Source: Schmidtea nova
Lineage: Eukaryota
Assembly: GCA_044892505.1 (NCBI GenBank)
Contig: CM097883.1
Span: 336,784,001-336,848,000, forward strand
Direction: 5' to 3'
Length of the DNA: 64,000 nucleotides
Below, in pieces: positions 21,634 to 34,241 of this stretch. How positions within the stretch are numbered: position 1 is the stretch's first letter; each line of letters begins with the position of its first letter. The notes under the pieces are model-generated. The model searched no databases, was not told where the DNA came from, and saw only the letters and a list, made by a program, of their open reading frames with translations. The translations under genes were made by a program, and so were the position numbers.

Positions 21634-22669
21634 CGTTTTTTCGAAAATGTAGAGTTAAGTGAGTTTTTGAATCTTTTGGAAATTTTATAAATCTTCCACT
21701 GTCATCCCGGATATTTATTTCTATATTGTTTATACAAGATGTTGAAACAGGTAAATACATTGGATTTTCAACTTGTATTTGAACAATTTCATCTGGCTCG
21801 TATTTTTCAATCCATACCGATTTTAGTAAAGGAACCAAGGAATCACCAACAATAATGGGTTCGATAATGTTTGTATACACGAATAATTGCTGATGAAGTT
21901 TAGATATTTTCGGTTGACGAACACCAGAAATGATATTTTTATCGGTAAATGTATCCTTATCTAATCCCAATGTATTGACCAAGTATTTATCAAATCTGAC
22001 TTTATTGATTTTTTCTTTGAGTTTGAATTTGAACAATTTATTTAATTCGACAACTGTAAAAATATCCGAACAATTATCGCTAATATATTTCTGTAATTCA
22101 TCTAGATGCGTTATATACAACTCCTCCTTGAAGGTGAATACATGTCCTTCTTGACGATCATACGATATAGTAAAAGTAATTATTTCTTCATCGTTACTGG
22201 CCAAGTTTTGCATAACTTTGAATTCACATTCTTCTTCATTACATTTTATTGTCAGTTTATTACTTCCCATTCGTTTTGCTACATCAAGATCGTTAAATGT
22301 AATTGTATAAGGAACAACATTACACGTGAGAATTATTTTTCCACTTCGTTGCCACATTTCGATATCCGGATCAATTGTGTGAGTTGGAACATTCAGATGA
22401 CCACTATTATTATATATCGAGAAAAATGCATTTGCAACAATTGTTTTCGTAATATAGTAATATATTTTACAATAACTATAAAATGGAAAAGGTTGGTAAA
22501 CAAATGTAAAATCCATTAGAGCAACTTCCCAATTTCCGTTTAAATAAATTGGATTAGGTAAATTCACCATGAATTTACTTGCGGTATTATCCGGATGGAT
22601 ATTCGGACAACTATTGCTCGGTAAAATAGTGTAAAAATTCACTTTACTAGATTTTTTGACGAGATCCAT
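21626..22669 (-). CDS. Minor capsid protein (penton-like)
   Basis: Homolog of 5597-6643; conserved ends, divergent middle. Confidence 0.85.
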   Translation of the reverse strand: MDLVKKSSKVNFYTILPSNSCPNIHPDNTASKFMVNLPNPIYLNGNWEVALMDFTFVYQPFPFYSYCKIYYYITKTIVANAFFSIYNNSGHLNVPTHTIDPDIEMWQRSGKIILTCNVVPYTITFNDLDVAKRMGSNKLTIKCNEEECEFKVMQNLASNDEEIITFTISYDRQEGHVFTFKEELYITHLDELQKYISDNCSDIFTVVELNKLFKFKLKEKINKVRFDKYLVNTLGLDKDTFTDKNIISGVRQPKISKLHQQLFVYTNIIEPIIVGDSLVPLLKSVWIEKYEPDEIVQIQVENPMYLPVSTSCINNIEINIRDDSGRFIKFPKDSKTHLTLHFRKNDE

Positions 22670-23683
22670 GATGGTTCTTTATATCCATGCCATTTAACAT
22701 AGTATTGTTTATCCTTACCCACCATTTTAGTCTTCAAAATCTTTTGAATTCTAAATATCGTAGGTTTAGGAATAACTTGTAATTCTTGTTCGTAGAATTT
22801 GCCGCTGATTATATTGTTATCAGAGTCACGAATAGTATACATGACAGGATTCTGCACTGTGTTGACTTTCGATATTTGATATACCTCATCACTCCAATTA
22901 TTATCAAAATTTTTAACGAATGGCGATGTACTAATCTTGCTAATTCGAACATGATCATCAACTTTATATTTTGGTTTCTTTACTTTCACTTCACTCACAA
23001 TATTTTCAGTATCAACTACTTCTGCCGGTTTCCTGCCATTTATACCCCGATGAGCACTATGATTATAACTATGAATCAATTGAGGTAAGACATTAATCCA
23101 GGTTTTATTGCCTTTAAAAACAAAGTATTTTTTCAATCGATCACGCAAAGTTCGATTAAATCTCTCGACATGAGCGGCTTTGAATTGTGAGAATACCGAA
23201 TAATGATTTATTCCCTTGATTACTTCCTTGACTTTACTGTTGTAAAATTCCTTTCCTAAAAAATATTAAATTTATAAATTTAAATTAAAATTTACCCAAA
23301 TCCGTTTGTAAATTAGTTGGCCGATCCTTTTTCATCATTGTCTTGATAGCAATTGCCATATCATTAGCAGATTTTGATTTTACTCCAATTGCTCGAGCAA
23401 ATCTACTGTAAACATCAATACACGTTAAAATATACTTGTACCCCTTGTTAATTTTGGAATACGGAATCATTTCCATCAAGTCCATTTGCCACAAATCATT
23501 GATTCTATATGTTTTATATGCTCGAGTTGGAAATCGTTTCAACATCGGCTTGTTTAGACTGTATGCAAGTTGCCCCGATAACCAACTTTGTGTCTGTTGT
23601 TTCGACTTCTGTGCTTTTTTCCTTAGCTTTTCGACTCCACCGAAACCGGCGTCGTCTTTTGGGTTCGTCCAGATCTTCTCCAT
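22639..23683 (-). CDS. int: DDE integrase with chromodomain; two exons (intron 23256-23295)
   Basis: QTDLG|KEF after splicing the 40-nt intron; exon 1 is 388 nt, as in A. Confidence 0.95.
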
Positions 23684-23735
23684 TGCAACAAGAAGATTTA
23701 AAGTTTAAATTTAAATTAGGTAATGATTGACCCAT
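23514..23735 (-). CDS. Small overlapping protein (73 aa)
   Basis: Homolog of 4528-4749. Confidence 0.65.
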   Translation of the reverse strand: MGQSLPNLNLNFKSSCCNGEDLDEPKRRRRFRWSRKAKEKSTEVETTDTKLVIGATCIQSKQADVETISNSSI

Positions 23736-23738
23736 TGT

Positions 23739-24248
23739 TTATGACTTTCTTTTTCCCAATAAACCAGCACCTCCCAATAAAGATAATGCTAATGGTAACA
23801 ATGCTGCAATAAAACCACCTTGTTGTTTATATATTACTTTGCGCATAAGTTTTTTATTTTTTGAGTTTACTAGCGACAACAATGGTTTTTTATGTTTGTT
23901 CAAAACACGGCGATTAGATGGAGTTAGATTTATTTTACCTCGCACGACTTTAATTAAAATAGAGAGTAAATCATCGATGACGTAACTAGGAAACGATTGA
24001 AGAATACCCATTCTTCTAACGGAAGGGGCTTTAAGTAATGCATTAAAAAACGGTAAACTACGATGATGTGTTTGTTTAGCATTAGATTTCAAATTATTTT
24101 TGGGAATATTATCCATAAGTATTTTCTTGGATTTCTTTCTTGATTTCTTTATAGATTTCTTTGTAAATAGTTTCTTTGTTTTCTTTCCCGCTTTCTTTGT
24201 TCTAGCCTTTATCAATGGCTCAAACTTTACTCGAGATTTCATTAACAT
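23739..24248 (-). CDS. Lys-rich putative core protein
   Basis: Homolog of 3982-4524. Confidence 0.65.
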   Translation of the reverse strand: MLMKSRVKFEPLIKARTKKAGKKTKKLFTKKSIKKSRKKSKKILMDNIPKNNLKSNAKQTHHRSLPFFNALLKAPSVRRMGILQSFPSYVIDDLLSILIKVVRGKINLTPSNRRVLNKHKKPLLSLVNSKNKKLMRKVIYKQQGGFIAALLPLALSLLGGAGLLGKRKS

Positions 24249-24268
24249 GATTACGATTGTAAACAGAA

Positions 24269-24892
24269 TTAACTTTGTTTATAAACCATGGCTCCTTCAG
24301 GGTTAAAAATATCAGTTCTAACGCGTAAATCATCACTGCATTGTTGAGTAAAATCCAGGAAAATATATCCATGAGGAGATTTTGTAGCATCTTGAAAGGC
24401 TTCAATCAAAAAGTTACGATTAGAAGGATAAGCTTGTCTTGCCAGAAAATCAATAACTGTTGCATCTCTAGGATTTTTAAAAACAACAAGATATTGAACA
24501 TTTAAATTACGAGTTCGATGACTACCGCCCTGATGAAATAAATTCTGAGTTATAAAAATAACAGTAACACCTTTATGTCTACTGATTTTCGTAAATAAGT
24601 TATTGAAATCCTTTTCTTTATTTGCTTCTTGATACAAGTCGTCAATGATAATCACATCACCATGTTTTAATCTAGATGACCAGTTTTTATCGAAACCTTT
24701 AATGATTGTCATTTTTATTTTACAAAACTGATCTTGTGTCATTCCACTTTCGTCGTCAGCTCCCCTATGCCAATAAATATTATTAAATTTTGACTTGAAT
24801 AATTTCGATTGCAATAATTTACAAACAAATAAAGTTTTTCCACTCCCGCTCGGACCAACAATTTGAAACACTGCATCATTTCTTAATTCCAT
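24269..24892 (-). CDS. A32/FtsK-like packaging ATPase
   Basis: GPSGSGKT, IIIDD, SRH, ITQN. Confidence 0.95.
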   Translation of the reverse strand: MELRNDAVFQIVGPSGSGKTLFVCKLLQSKLFKSKFNNIYWHRGADDESGMTQDQFCKIKMTIIKGFDKNWSSRLKHGDVIIIDDLYQEANKEKDFNNLFTKISRHKGVTVIFITQNLFHQGGSHRTRNLNVQYLVVFKNPRDATVIDFLARQAYPSNRNFLIEAFQDATKSPHGYIFLDFTQQCSDDLRVRTDIFNPEGAMVYKQS

Positions 24893-24985
24893 ATTTAAAA
24901 CTTATATTTTCTTAATATTATTGTTTATATTTGTTTTAAATACCTGTTCTCAAAGTAATTATTTCATTTAAAAATATTTTCAGTA

Positions 24986-25453
24986 ATGATTAGAAACATT
25001 AATTACAAAGGTAAGACAGATGTATCACACATGAAATTTCCAAATGGAAAACCCCAGCAAATTGTAGATCGAAGTGGGAAATACCCAATAATATACTTTA
25101 AATCAGGAAGATATAGAATAATGGGATGCAGAGAATTTATTAGTGACGAACAAGTTGAGTTTTACGATTTAAAGATACAATCGATAACTGTAACTGCGGA
25201 TTTAGGATTTATTTGTAATTTGAATGAATTATCGAAATTAATACCGTGTGTTTACGAGCCAGAATTATTTCCAGCTTTGAGATATATCAAATATAATCCC
25301 ATGTGTGTAAATATATTTACAAGCGGGAAATTAGTCATATTAGGATTAAAAAACAAAGACTATAGTACTATAGTTGATGATATTATTTACGATATAAAAT
25401 CAATTATAGAAGATAAAGCCTTTGTTGATTTCATACTAACATGTGACTCATGA
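24986..25453 (+). CDS. TATA-binding-protein-like protein (155 aa)
   Basis: YEPELFPALRY...IFTSGKLVILGLK; LKIQSITVTADL aligns with TBP FKIQNMVGSCDV. Confidence 0.85.
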   Translation: MIRNINYKGKTDVSHMKFPNGKPQQIVDRSGKYPIIYFKSGRYRIMGCREFISDEQVEFYDLKIQSITVTADLGFICNLNELSKLIPCVYEPELFPALRYIKYNPMCVNIFTSGKLVILGLKNKDYSTIVDDIIYDIKSIIEDKAFVDFILTCDS

Positions 25454-25628
25454 CTGCAATATCGATGCATTAGAAATGCACGATTCTGATTGGCTCTGTG
25501 TGTATCGATAGAATAAAGACATGTTGTGCATGCTTCATTCTGATTGGTTCATTATGTGTGTTTCAAATCATGTGTGTTTCTTTGATATATATACTATGAA
25601 CAATCTCACATAGTTTATATTCACAATT

Positions 25629-26312
25629 ATGTCGATGACCCAAACTTTAATTAAAAGCCGTAAGGATTTTAATTTTTAATTTTTCATATTTTATATTATT
25701 ATTATTTTAGATAAATTAATGAACGTAATATATCGCAAATTGGAGGAGCTGTTCCCGAACCTGATGCCTGCTCTGGTCTATACGGCTCCGGAGATGTTCC
25801 CGTACAAGATAATGGTCTTGACGGGAATCGATATAAATCAGATTGTGCTCGACCACATGACGAGCCAGAATACCGATTTGCCAGTGGTACCCGAGCACAT
25901 TCTCTGTGCGTACCAATGCGGAAGTTGTGTTGAGCGCATTCGCCAATTCAACATTTGGGTGTTGAGGAATTCCCTCAAATTATATGAAGTCCAACAAATG
26001 GACAAAATCGATGAGGAGGAGGAGGAGGAGGACCAAATCAAGGAAACCTGGCCCAACTCGACTCCGGAGCCGACTGATGAAACAACAACAACAACGACAA
26101 CAACAACAACAACAACAACAGAATTGGAAGCACCAACTCTAGATGGTCCGTTTCCATCTGTTGAATCCGATGAATCCAATGATTGTATGGATTCACCACA
26201 ATCACCGGATTGTGCAGAATGCCATCGAAAGGCAGATGGTATTGAGGATGATGATGATGATGATGAAGAAGAAGAAGAGGAACAAGAAAAAGAAAAAGAA
26301 GATGAACAATAA
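25629..26312 (+). CDS. Conserved hypothetical Cys/His + acidic protein; intron 25660-25710
   Basis: 51-nt phase-1 intron at the same position as in A. Confidence 0.8.
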
Positions 26313-26822
26313 TGATTAATTTGATGTTTTATGTATTTAGTTTTTAGTTATGTTATTTTAGTTTGTTGATTTTTATATTAATAAAAGTTTATTATTAATT
26401 TTAGTTTTTATTTTTGTATTTTAGTTTTTATTTAAATAATAGTTTTTAATTAAATCATTTTTTATGAGTAGTTCTTTATTTAATATATATAAAATAGTAA
26501 TTAGTTTTTATTAAATAATTAGTAAGAAAGTGTATTATGAAGAATAATAATAATTAGAATAAAAATAATTGTGAAATAAACTAATACATTAGTAGCAGAA
26601 CATTGCAAACAGAACCCTGGAAGCAGAACTTTTTTATGTGTTTGTTTTTTATAAGAAAAAGCTTCATAATAAATAAAACATACATGCATGCATACAACAA
26701 AGACATTGCAATACATGTGCATACTGTGTGCAAAACAAATGCATGAATATGATTGGACAAAGACATCCAGTCATCAGTATAAATACAAAGACATTTAATA
26801 AAATATTGTCACTATTTACAAC

Positions 26823-27239
26823 ATGCAATCACGAAAACAAAATCTAGATATAAGCGAAGAAAAAATATATCAGACTGAGGTAAAACCAGTTCAGATGTAC
26901 TATGACAGCCGACTTTATTTTTTGGTTAATGAAATACCGTATCGATTATCATTTCCGGTAAAGTTAACAAAATCTTTATATGACAGTCTTGCTGTAATTA
27001 TTGCCAAGGAAGATATTATCGCATTAAATCGATTATTTTCAAAGATGAATGTTAATTTGACATGTAAAGAAACAATGTACATCAATAACCGAAAAACTCG
27101 GTTTCATGATGCTTTTCAAACTATTGATTTCATGGATCAAGAACACTGGTTCGTTACAGTTATTATTCAAGGGTACAAGATTGATAAAAAAGATGTTGTT
27201 ACTCCGATTTGGAGAGTTGACAATGCAAGATACGCATAA
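26823..27239 (+). CDS. Conserved hypothetical protein (138 aa; LTCKE)
   Basis: Homolog of 920-1336. Confidence 0.8.
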   Translation: MQSRKQNLDISEEKIYQTEVKPVQMYYDSRLYFLVNEIPYRLSFPVKLTKSLYDSLAVIIAKEDIIALNRLFSKMNVNLTCKETMYINNRKTRFHDAFQTIDFMDQEHWFVTVIIQGYKIDKKDVVTPIWRVDNARYA

Positions 27240-27303
27240 TTGTTTTTTAATAAATATTTTAGTATGAACAAATTTAGTTTTTATATTAGTTTTTGTTTTT
27301 AAA

Positions 27304-27885
27304 ATGAAATTAATTATAGTTATTTTATTATTATGTGTTGATAATACTGAAGGAGAACAAGCTTTGGAAGATTGTCAATCATCTCATCCGTTTCGAAAAC
27401 AAGATAGTACTTGCGCGAGTTATAACGATATATGTCTTTACTCAAACATTGAATGCAATCAAATAAAATTACAATGTAATCAATGTCCTTCCAAAAATAA
27501 TGTGATTAATAAAGATATTGAAAAAATGATTGACAAAATAATGATGAAAATAGTTGAACGATTAAAATGTATAAATCAAACTTTTGTTAAAAAAGAATAT
27601 GAAGTCAGATACCAAAATCAAACAGTTGAAAATGAAAAAACAGCCATTGTATTACATTATATAAGTTTATTTATATTAATAATTATAATGATGTTATCGG
27701 CATCCATACGGCTGGAGAAGATTACAAATATTCCAAAGAATAATATTCCGACAAATACTAGTATTCCGATGAATAATATTACAATGAATAATATTCCGAT
27801 GAATAATATTCCGAGTAACAATTCAGATGTAAATAATTTTGAAACTAAATTTTGTACACGTACACAACGATATATTTATAAATAA
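27304..27885 (+). CDS. B-specific predicted membrane protein (signal peptide, Cys-rich ectodomain, TM helix, NNIP repeats)
   Basis: Hydrophobic N-terminus, multiple Cys, IVLHYISLFILIIIMML segment; last codons lie inside the TIR. Confidence 0.6.
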   Translation: MKLIIVILLLCVDNTEGEQALEDCQSSHPFRKQDSTCASYNDICLYSNIECNQIKLQCNQCPSKNNVINKDIEKMIDKIMMKIVERLKCINQTFVKKEYEVRYQNQTVENEKTAIVLHYISLFILIIIMMLSASIRLEKITNIPKNNIPTNTSIPMNNITMNNIPMNNIPSNNSDVNNFETKFCTRTQRYIYK

Positions 27886-28917
27886 ATTTTGTCTTTTTAA
27901 TGTCTTTGTTTATGTGTTGCACGCATGTGTCTTTGTTTAGTTTGCATGTGTATTGCAATGTCTTTGTTCATGTTGCATGTGTATTGCAATGTCTTTGTTC
28001 ATGTTGCATGTGTATTGCAATGTCTTTGTTCATGTTGCATGTGTATTGCAAAGTCCTTGCACGTGTGTTGCAATGTCTTTGTTAACTTGCACACGTGTTG
28101 CAATGTCTTTAGTTTGAAAAAATAATAATTAAATGTAGCAGAACATTTAGTATCAGAACCCTGGAAGCAGAACATTGCGATCAGAACCCTGGAAGCAGAA
28201 CCTCTTCTGTGATGGTTTTGAAGTGCAAAAGCTTCATACTTGACAAATAATAATTAATTAAACATGCACACATATAAAAAATGTCTTTGTTTAGTTTGCA
28301 CACCTGTTGTAAATATTTTTGATTACTCGAAATTTTTTATTACTCGAATTTTGTCTTTTAAAAAAAAATTTGACTAAAAATAATTTGTGTTAAAAAATTT
28401 GTCTTAAAAAAATTTTTGAAAAAAAAAAATTGTCTTAAAAAAATTTTTGAAAAAAAATTTGTCTTAAAAAAATTTTTGAAAAAAAAATTTGTCTTAAAAA
28501 AATTTTTGAAAAAAAAATTTGTCTTAAAAAAATTTTTGAAAAAAAAAAATTTGGCGCGAAAAAAAATTTTGAAAAAAAAAATTTGGCGCGAAAATAATTT
28601 TTGAAAAAAAAAAATTTGGCGCGAAAATAATTTTTGAAAAAAAAAAATATGGCGCGAAAAAAATTTTTGAAAAAAAAAATTTGGCGCGAAATAAATTTTT
28701 GAATAAAAAAAATTATGACTCATCGATGACTCATCGATGACTCATCAAAAAAAAAAAAAAAAAGTATGACTCATCGATGACTCATCGATGACTCATCAAA
28801 AAAAAAAAAAATTTTTCTACCCCCCCCGGGGGGGGAGGGGGGGGTCTTTGTTCTTTTTTTTTCCGCCCACGCATGAGTCATAATGTCTTTGTTCCCGGCT
28901 CCACACATCTACCTACT
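27865..28917. repeat. Right TIR of Polinton B
   Basis: Reverse complement of 10952-12033. Confidence 0.95.
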
Positions 28918-28923
28918 CTTGAT
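28918..28923. repeat. 6-bp TSD CTTGAT (right copy)
   Basis: Matches 10946-10951. Confidence 0.95.
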
Positions 28924-31900
28924 AACAATCAAATAAATGAATTAATTAATATTAATAAACAATTAAATAATAACCTAAATATTTTAATTAATAATTTAAA
29001 TAATAATAAAAGAAAAATTTTTAATGAGGATTCAATTCCTCAAAAATATCAAATAATTGAAATAAGTGACGATGAAATCAATGAAATCAATGAAGATGAA
29101 ATCATCGAAATCAATGACGATGAAATCATCGAAATCAGTGATGATGATGATCAAATAATTAATAATAATTTAATTAATCAAGTAGGATGCGGAAATGTCG
29201 AGGTTATTTCCGACTTAAACGATTCCCACATAATTTTAAAAATGGATGTATCATCCTTAAACTTAAAAATTGTTGTTGTTCCAGATATTTTAATTAATAA
29301 ATTAAATTTAACAGTTTCGCAGATGAGTTCTGTAAAAATTCAGTTTTGTATAAAGGTAGAATTTGAGAAAGATGACGAACTCCAATCTTTCGTAATCTCA
29401 AATTCTGCCAGAACTATGAGTGATACCTTCATTGATGAAGGTATTGCTCTTTTAAACGAAAAAATTATTAAAATTAACGAAAAGGGTTCAAATTGGACGA
29501 TACATAAAATTGAATATATAAGTTTTTTATTAACAAAATATAGTGAAATTAGTCGCTTAAGTGGTCGTCGATTTCTCGCAACTCCTAAAACTTTACTTCG
29601 TAAATACTGCATTGTTAATATTGAAAATCAGGATGAGTTTTGCTTTCTTTATAGCATTTTGGCTATTTTAAAATATTATAGTACTATTCCTGAGTTGAGA
29701 CATCTTCCTTCCTCTTATAACCTTTCACAACTAAAGTATGATGCTGCTGATATGCCCATGAAACTTGGAAATATTTCTAAGTTTGAACGACAAAATCCAG
29801 GGTATGCAATTAATGTTTTGTCGTATGATGAAACTGCGTTGATTGATATAAGTAATGCCGGCTCTATAATGAAACATCCCTTTATAGATATAATTTATAA
29901 AAGTAAGGTTGTAGGAGGAACACCAATTAACTTACTGCTTTTAGATAATAATAAAAATTTTCATTACACTGCCATAACTGATTTAAATCGATTCTTAAAT
30001 TGCAGAAATGCATCAATAACTTCTGTCCGTATTTGCTGTCAATGGTGTCCTCGGTGTCCCAACGGTTTCCGAACTGATGATGGTTTTAATCGTCATCGTG
30101 GTCTTTGTGAAAATAATCAATTGGGTACAACTTTGTACACTTTGTCTAAAAACCCTTTGCTTGAATTTACTGATTGGAAGAAAACTGTCACTCCTCCCTT
30201 TGTCATTTATGCCGATTTTGAGGCAATTTTACCGAAGGACACCAAATATTATCAAAAACATTTACCGATTGCAGCTGGCTTATTACTAATTAATAACTTC
30301 ACCGGTGAAAAAATCTACAAATCATTTTTAGGGCTTGATTGTGTAGATCAATTTCTTCATGAAATTGAAGATATAAGTAAATATATTGTAAGTCCCTATT
30401 TTTATAAAAATTACAATAAGAAAATGATCTTCACTGGCGATGATCAAATAACTTTTAATAACAGCATAAACTGTCATTTGTGCAAGAAACTGTTAGTAGA
30501 ACCAATTAGAGATCACGACCATTTTTCAGGTCAATTTATTGGTGCAGCTTGCAAAAAGTGTAATCTTAGCAGGCAAATAAGACACACTTTGCCTGTTGTC
30601 TTTCATAATTTGAGAGGGTATGATCTCCATCATATCCTCAAATTTGGCTTATCTCGGTATACATCTTGGAATATAAGCTGCATTCCAATTACTAGCGAGA
30701 AATTTCTTTCACTTTTTGCTAATATTGATTCTTTGTCTGTGAAATTTATTGACTCTTGTCAATTTGTGTCTGAATCATTAAAAGGTGCTGTAGCAACACT
30801 AACATCTTTGCCATTAACATCTTCAGAGTTCAGGGGAACTATAATTAACAGCAAGGGAATTTTTCCTTACGATGTTGCGACCTCTTTAGATGTTTTAAGG
30901 TCAACATCAGAATTACCACCAATTTGGAAAGGTGTTGACGCAGAGGAATATGAGTTGGCTAAAGTAATATGCGAGAAACATCATGTACTTGCCTTTTGGA
31001 TTACATGATGGTGTATCTAAAACTTGATGTGTTTTTACTGGCTGACTTTTTTCAGCAATTTCGGGCTAAGAGCATTGCCCATAACAAACTTGAGCCCCTT
31101 AATTTCTTGGGGATTCCCGGTATGAGTTGGAGTTCGGCTTTGATGACTCTTGAGAAACCGATTACATTATTGACCGACATGGAAATGTACAATTTCTTTG
31201 AAGGGGGAATTCGTGGGGGGCGTACTTTTTTAAACAAACATTATGTTAAAAGTAGTGCGGATACAGAGTTGTTGTATATCGATATCAACAACCTGTATGG
31301 ATGGGCTTTATCACAAAAGCTACCCGAGGGTAATTTTCAATGGGTGACCGATGATAATTTATTAACTAATTTATTAATTGAATGCGCTACGGTAGATCTA
31401 AGTTTGCTTAGCTATGGTTATACCATAGAAGTAGATTTAGAAATACCGACATCTATTCACGATAAATTGGATGATTTTCCAATTGCCGCTGAAAAGATGT
31501 GCGCTCCTTTTTCCAAAGTTAAGAAGCTGTTGCTAACGCACAACTCCAAAAAGAACTACGTTCTTCATTGGAGGCTTCTACAGATTTTTATTAATTTAGG
31601 TGCACTTGTAACAAAAATACATAGGGCAATTAAATACGACCAAAGCTATGTATTTAAAAATTACATTGACACAAACACACAGTTAAGAGCAACATCGACA
31701 AGTAAATTAGACAAAAATTACTACAAGTTGCTCAACAACAGTTTGTATGGAAAAACTGTTGAGAATTTGAAAAAACGCATTAATCTGCGACTCTGCAATT
31801 CAGCACAAAAACTAATCACATATGCCTCAAAACCGGCATTTAGGAAAACCACAAGGATAGACGACGATTTGATTTCGGTTTTGCTTAGGAAGGAATCAGT

Positions 31901-32645
31901 GTGTTTGGATAGGCCTAGTTACATTGGGCAAACTGTACTAGATTTATCCAAACTGAGAATGTACGAGTTGCAGTACAATGAGTTACAAAAATATCGTAAT
32001 GAATTGAACTGTCAGATTAATATAGTTGCTGGAGACACTGATTCCTTCTTTTTGGAGATTAAAAATTGTAGTCTTGACATTCTTTTAGCTGCTATGATTA
32101 GAGACCAGTTGCTTGACACATCCAATTATGACCCTAATCATCCGTTATATAATAGGAACCTTGACTCTGTCATTGGCAAGTTCAAAGACGAGAGTAAAGG
32201 ACTATTATATAAGGAGTGGGTGTTCCTGAGGCCTAAATGTTACAGTTTGTTGGGTGATGCGAGTAACATGAAGGCTAAGGGAGTTGATTTGAAAGATACT
32301 GGACTGAGTCATGAGTCGTATCTTGATTGTTATGTGAACAATAGGATTTACAAGGTACCGCAATTTAGAATATGCAGCAAAAATCATCAGCTATATAGCA
32401 TTAAGAACAACAAAAAAGCACTGACAAATATGGACGACAAAAGGTTTTGGGTAACAAAAAATTAAAGTTTAGCCTATGGCAATTTTCGGGTGGGTGATAC
32501 CTTTATTGATGAACCAAATGATGATCCAGAACCTTTCAATCAGCCAATCTCTCCAGTTTTGTATCAAAATAATGAAGGAAATGATCCAGACAATCCAGAT
32601 GATTTTATTGATGATTTTAACAATGATCATGATTATTTTGCTTGA
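28918..32645 (+). pseudogene. polB: polB (A) 3' piece: 1-bp deletion at ~30971 and nonsense codon at 32463-32465
   Basis: ORFs 28873-31008 and 30969-32465 are colinear with B polB; SLAYG...DYFA* continues after the TAA. Confidence 0.92.
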
Positions 32646-32961
32646 TTTATTTTCATTCAATAGATTTGTTAATTTATTTGTTATCGTTTTTTAATTGCTT
32701 TTATTTGTAAAACTTTGTATTAGTTTTTGAAAGTTTTTATAANNNNNNNNNNNNNNNNNNNNNNNNNNNNNNNNNNNNNNNNNNNNNNNNNNNNNNNNNN
32801 NNNNNNNNNNNNNNNNNNNNNNNNNNNNNNNNNNNNNNNNNNNNNNNNNNNNNNNNNNNNNNNNNNNNNNNNNNNNNNNNNNNNNNNNNNNNNNNNNNNN
32901 NNNNNNNNNNNNNNNNNNNNNNNNNNNNNNNNNNNNNGAAAATTTTTTATATTTTTTATAA

Positions 32962-33016
<55 letters not shown>

Positions 33017-33217
33017 TTTTTATAAGTTTCTATTNNNNNNNNNNNNNNNNNNNNNNNNNNNNNNNNNNNNNNNNNNNNNNNNNNNNNNNNNNNNNNNNNN
33101 NNNNNNNNNNNNNNNNNNNNNNNNNNNNNNNNNNNNNNNNNNNNNNNNNNNNNNNNNNNNNNNNNNNNNNNNNNNNNNNNNNNNNNNNNNNNNNNNNNNN
33201 NNNNNNNNNNNNNNNNN

Positions 33218-34241
33218 GAGAAGAAGAACGCGCGTTCCACGCGCGTTCAATGCGTACTGTTATTTGTCTTAAACAACAAGAGGAGAAGAACGCGCGTTCC
33301 ACGCGCGTTCAATGCGTACTGTGATCCTTATTAAACACTAAGATACGTGTGCAAAAATTATTATTACAAGTTTTATTAGTGTTTGTTTCGTTGCACATGG
33401 ATTGCAATGTCTTTGTTGTAATTCAGGTAGGAAATAGAAAAAATTATAACACACACACACACCATAATTACCTTTCGAATGATATGTATATTATAAGGTT
33501 TGAATAAGGATTTGTAACACACACTCGTCTGGCAAATTGTAACACACACACACACTCACAATTACCTTTTGTTTGATATACATATTATATAGTTTTAAAA
33601 TTTGAACCTTGGACCCTTTAAGGGTATGACCATTGTGTGCACCCTTCAATTACCTTTTGTTTGATACATATATTATATAGTTTTTAAAATTTTGAGTCTT
33701 GGACCCTTCAAGGGTCGACCACCCACCTTCGAGGGTTGACCATCATTCTCAAATCTCAATTACCTTTTGTTTGATATATAACTTGTAATGTTTAAAAATA
33801 TTTGAAGGATTTTGACCCCTTGAAGGTTGAGCACACACCATACACCTTCGAAGGTATGACCATTGTGTGCACATCGGTATTACCTTTCGAATGATGTATT
33901 ACACACAAGGTTTAAAAAATCTGAAGGTTTTTGACCCTTTGAAGGTTAAGGACACACCATAGACCCTCGAGGGTATGACCATTGTGTGCACCTCTCAAAG
34001 ACCTTTCGAATGATACCCTTGTTTGAAGGTTTGACCTTTGGAAATTCAAATTTAAAATTTGAAATTGAAATGAGTCATCGATGACGTCATAAAATTCAAA
34101 TTTGAAATGAGTCATCGATGAGTCATGCCGACGAGTCATCAATGACGTCATCGATGAGTCATAAAAAAAATTCTCACCCCCCGGGGGGTGACGTCATTTC
34201 CTTTGTTCGGCGATGACTCATGCTCCACATAACTGCCTACT
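33218..34241. repeat. Right TIR of Polinton A
   Basis: Reverse complement of 1-655, extending to the CTACT terminus. Confidence 0.93.

Larger units (their letters stand above)
10952..28917 (-). mobile_element. Polinton/Maverick element B, ~18 kb, apparently intact, inverted relative to A
   Basis: AGTAGGTAG...CTACCTACT termini, >=1.05-kb TIRs, 6-bp TSD, full gene set without visible stops or frameshifts. Confidence 0.97.
1..34241 (+). mobile_element. Polinton/Maverick element A (left terminus predicted ~315 bp upstream of the window; contains nested Polinton B)
   Basis: ATPase-INT-mCP-MCP-PRO-polB gene set; 1-655 is the reverse complement of ~33218-33926; right end ...ACATAACTGCCTACT at 34241 (AGTAG..CTACT-type terminus). 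Confidence 0.95.

Noticed and set aside
28358-28723. K/F-rich ORFs over the E2F/A-tract array and Cys/Met-rich ORFs over the 31-bp repeats
   Set aside because: Translation of tandem repeats in the TIRs.
28873-28917. ATG start of the 711-aa ORF (MSHNVFVPG...)
   Set aside because: These codons come from B's TIR; the true reading frame begins upstream of the insertion.
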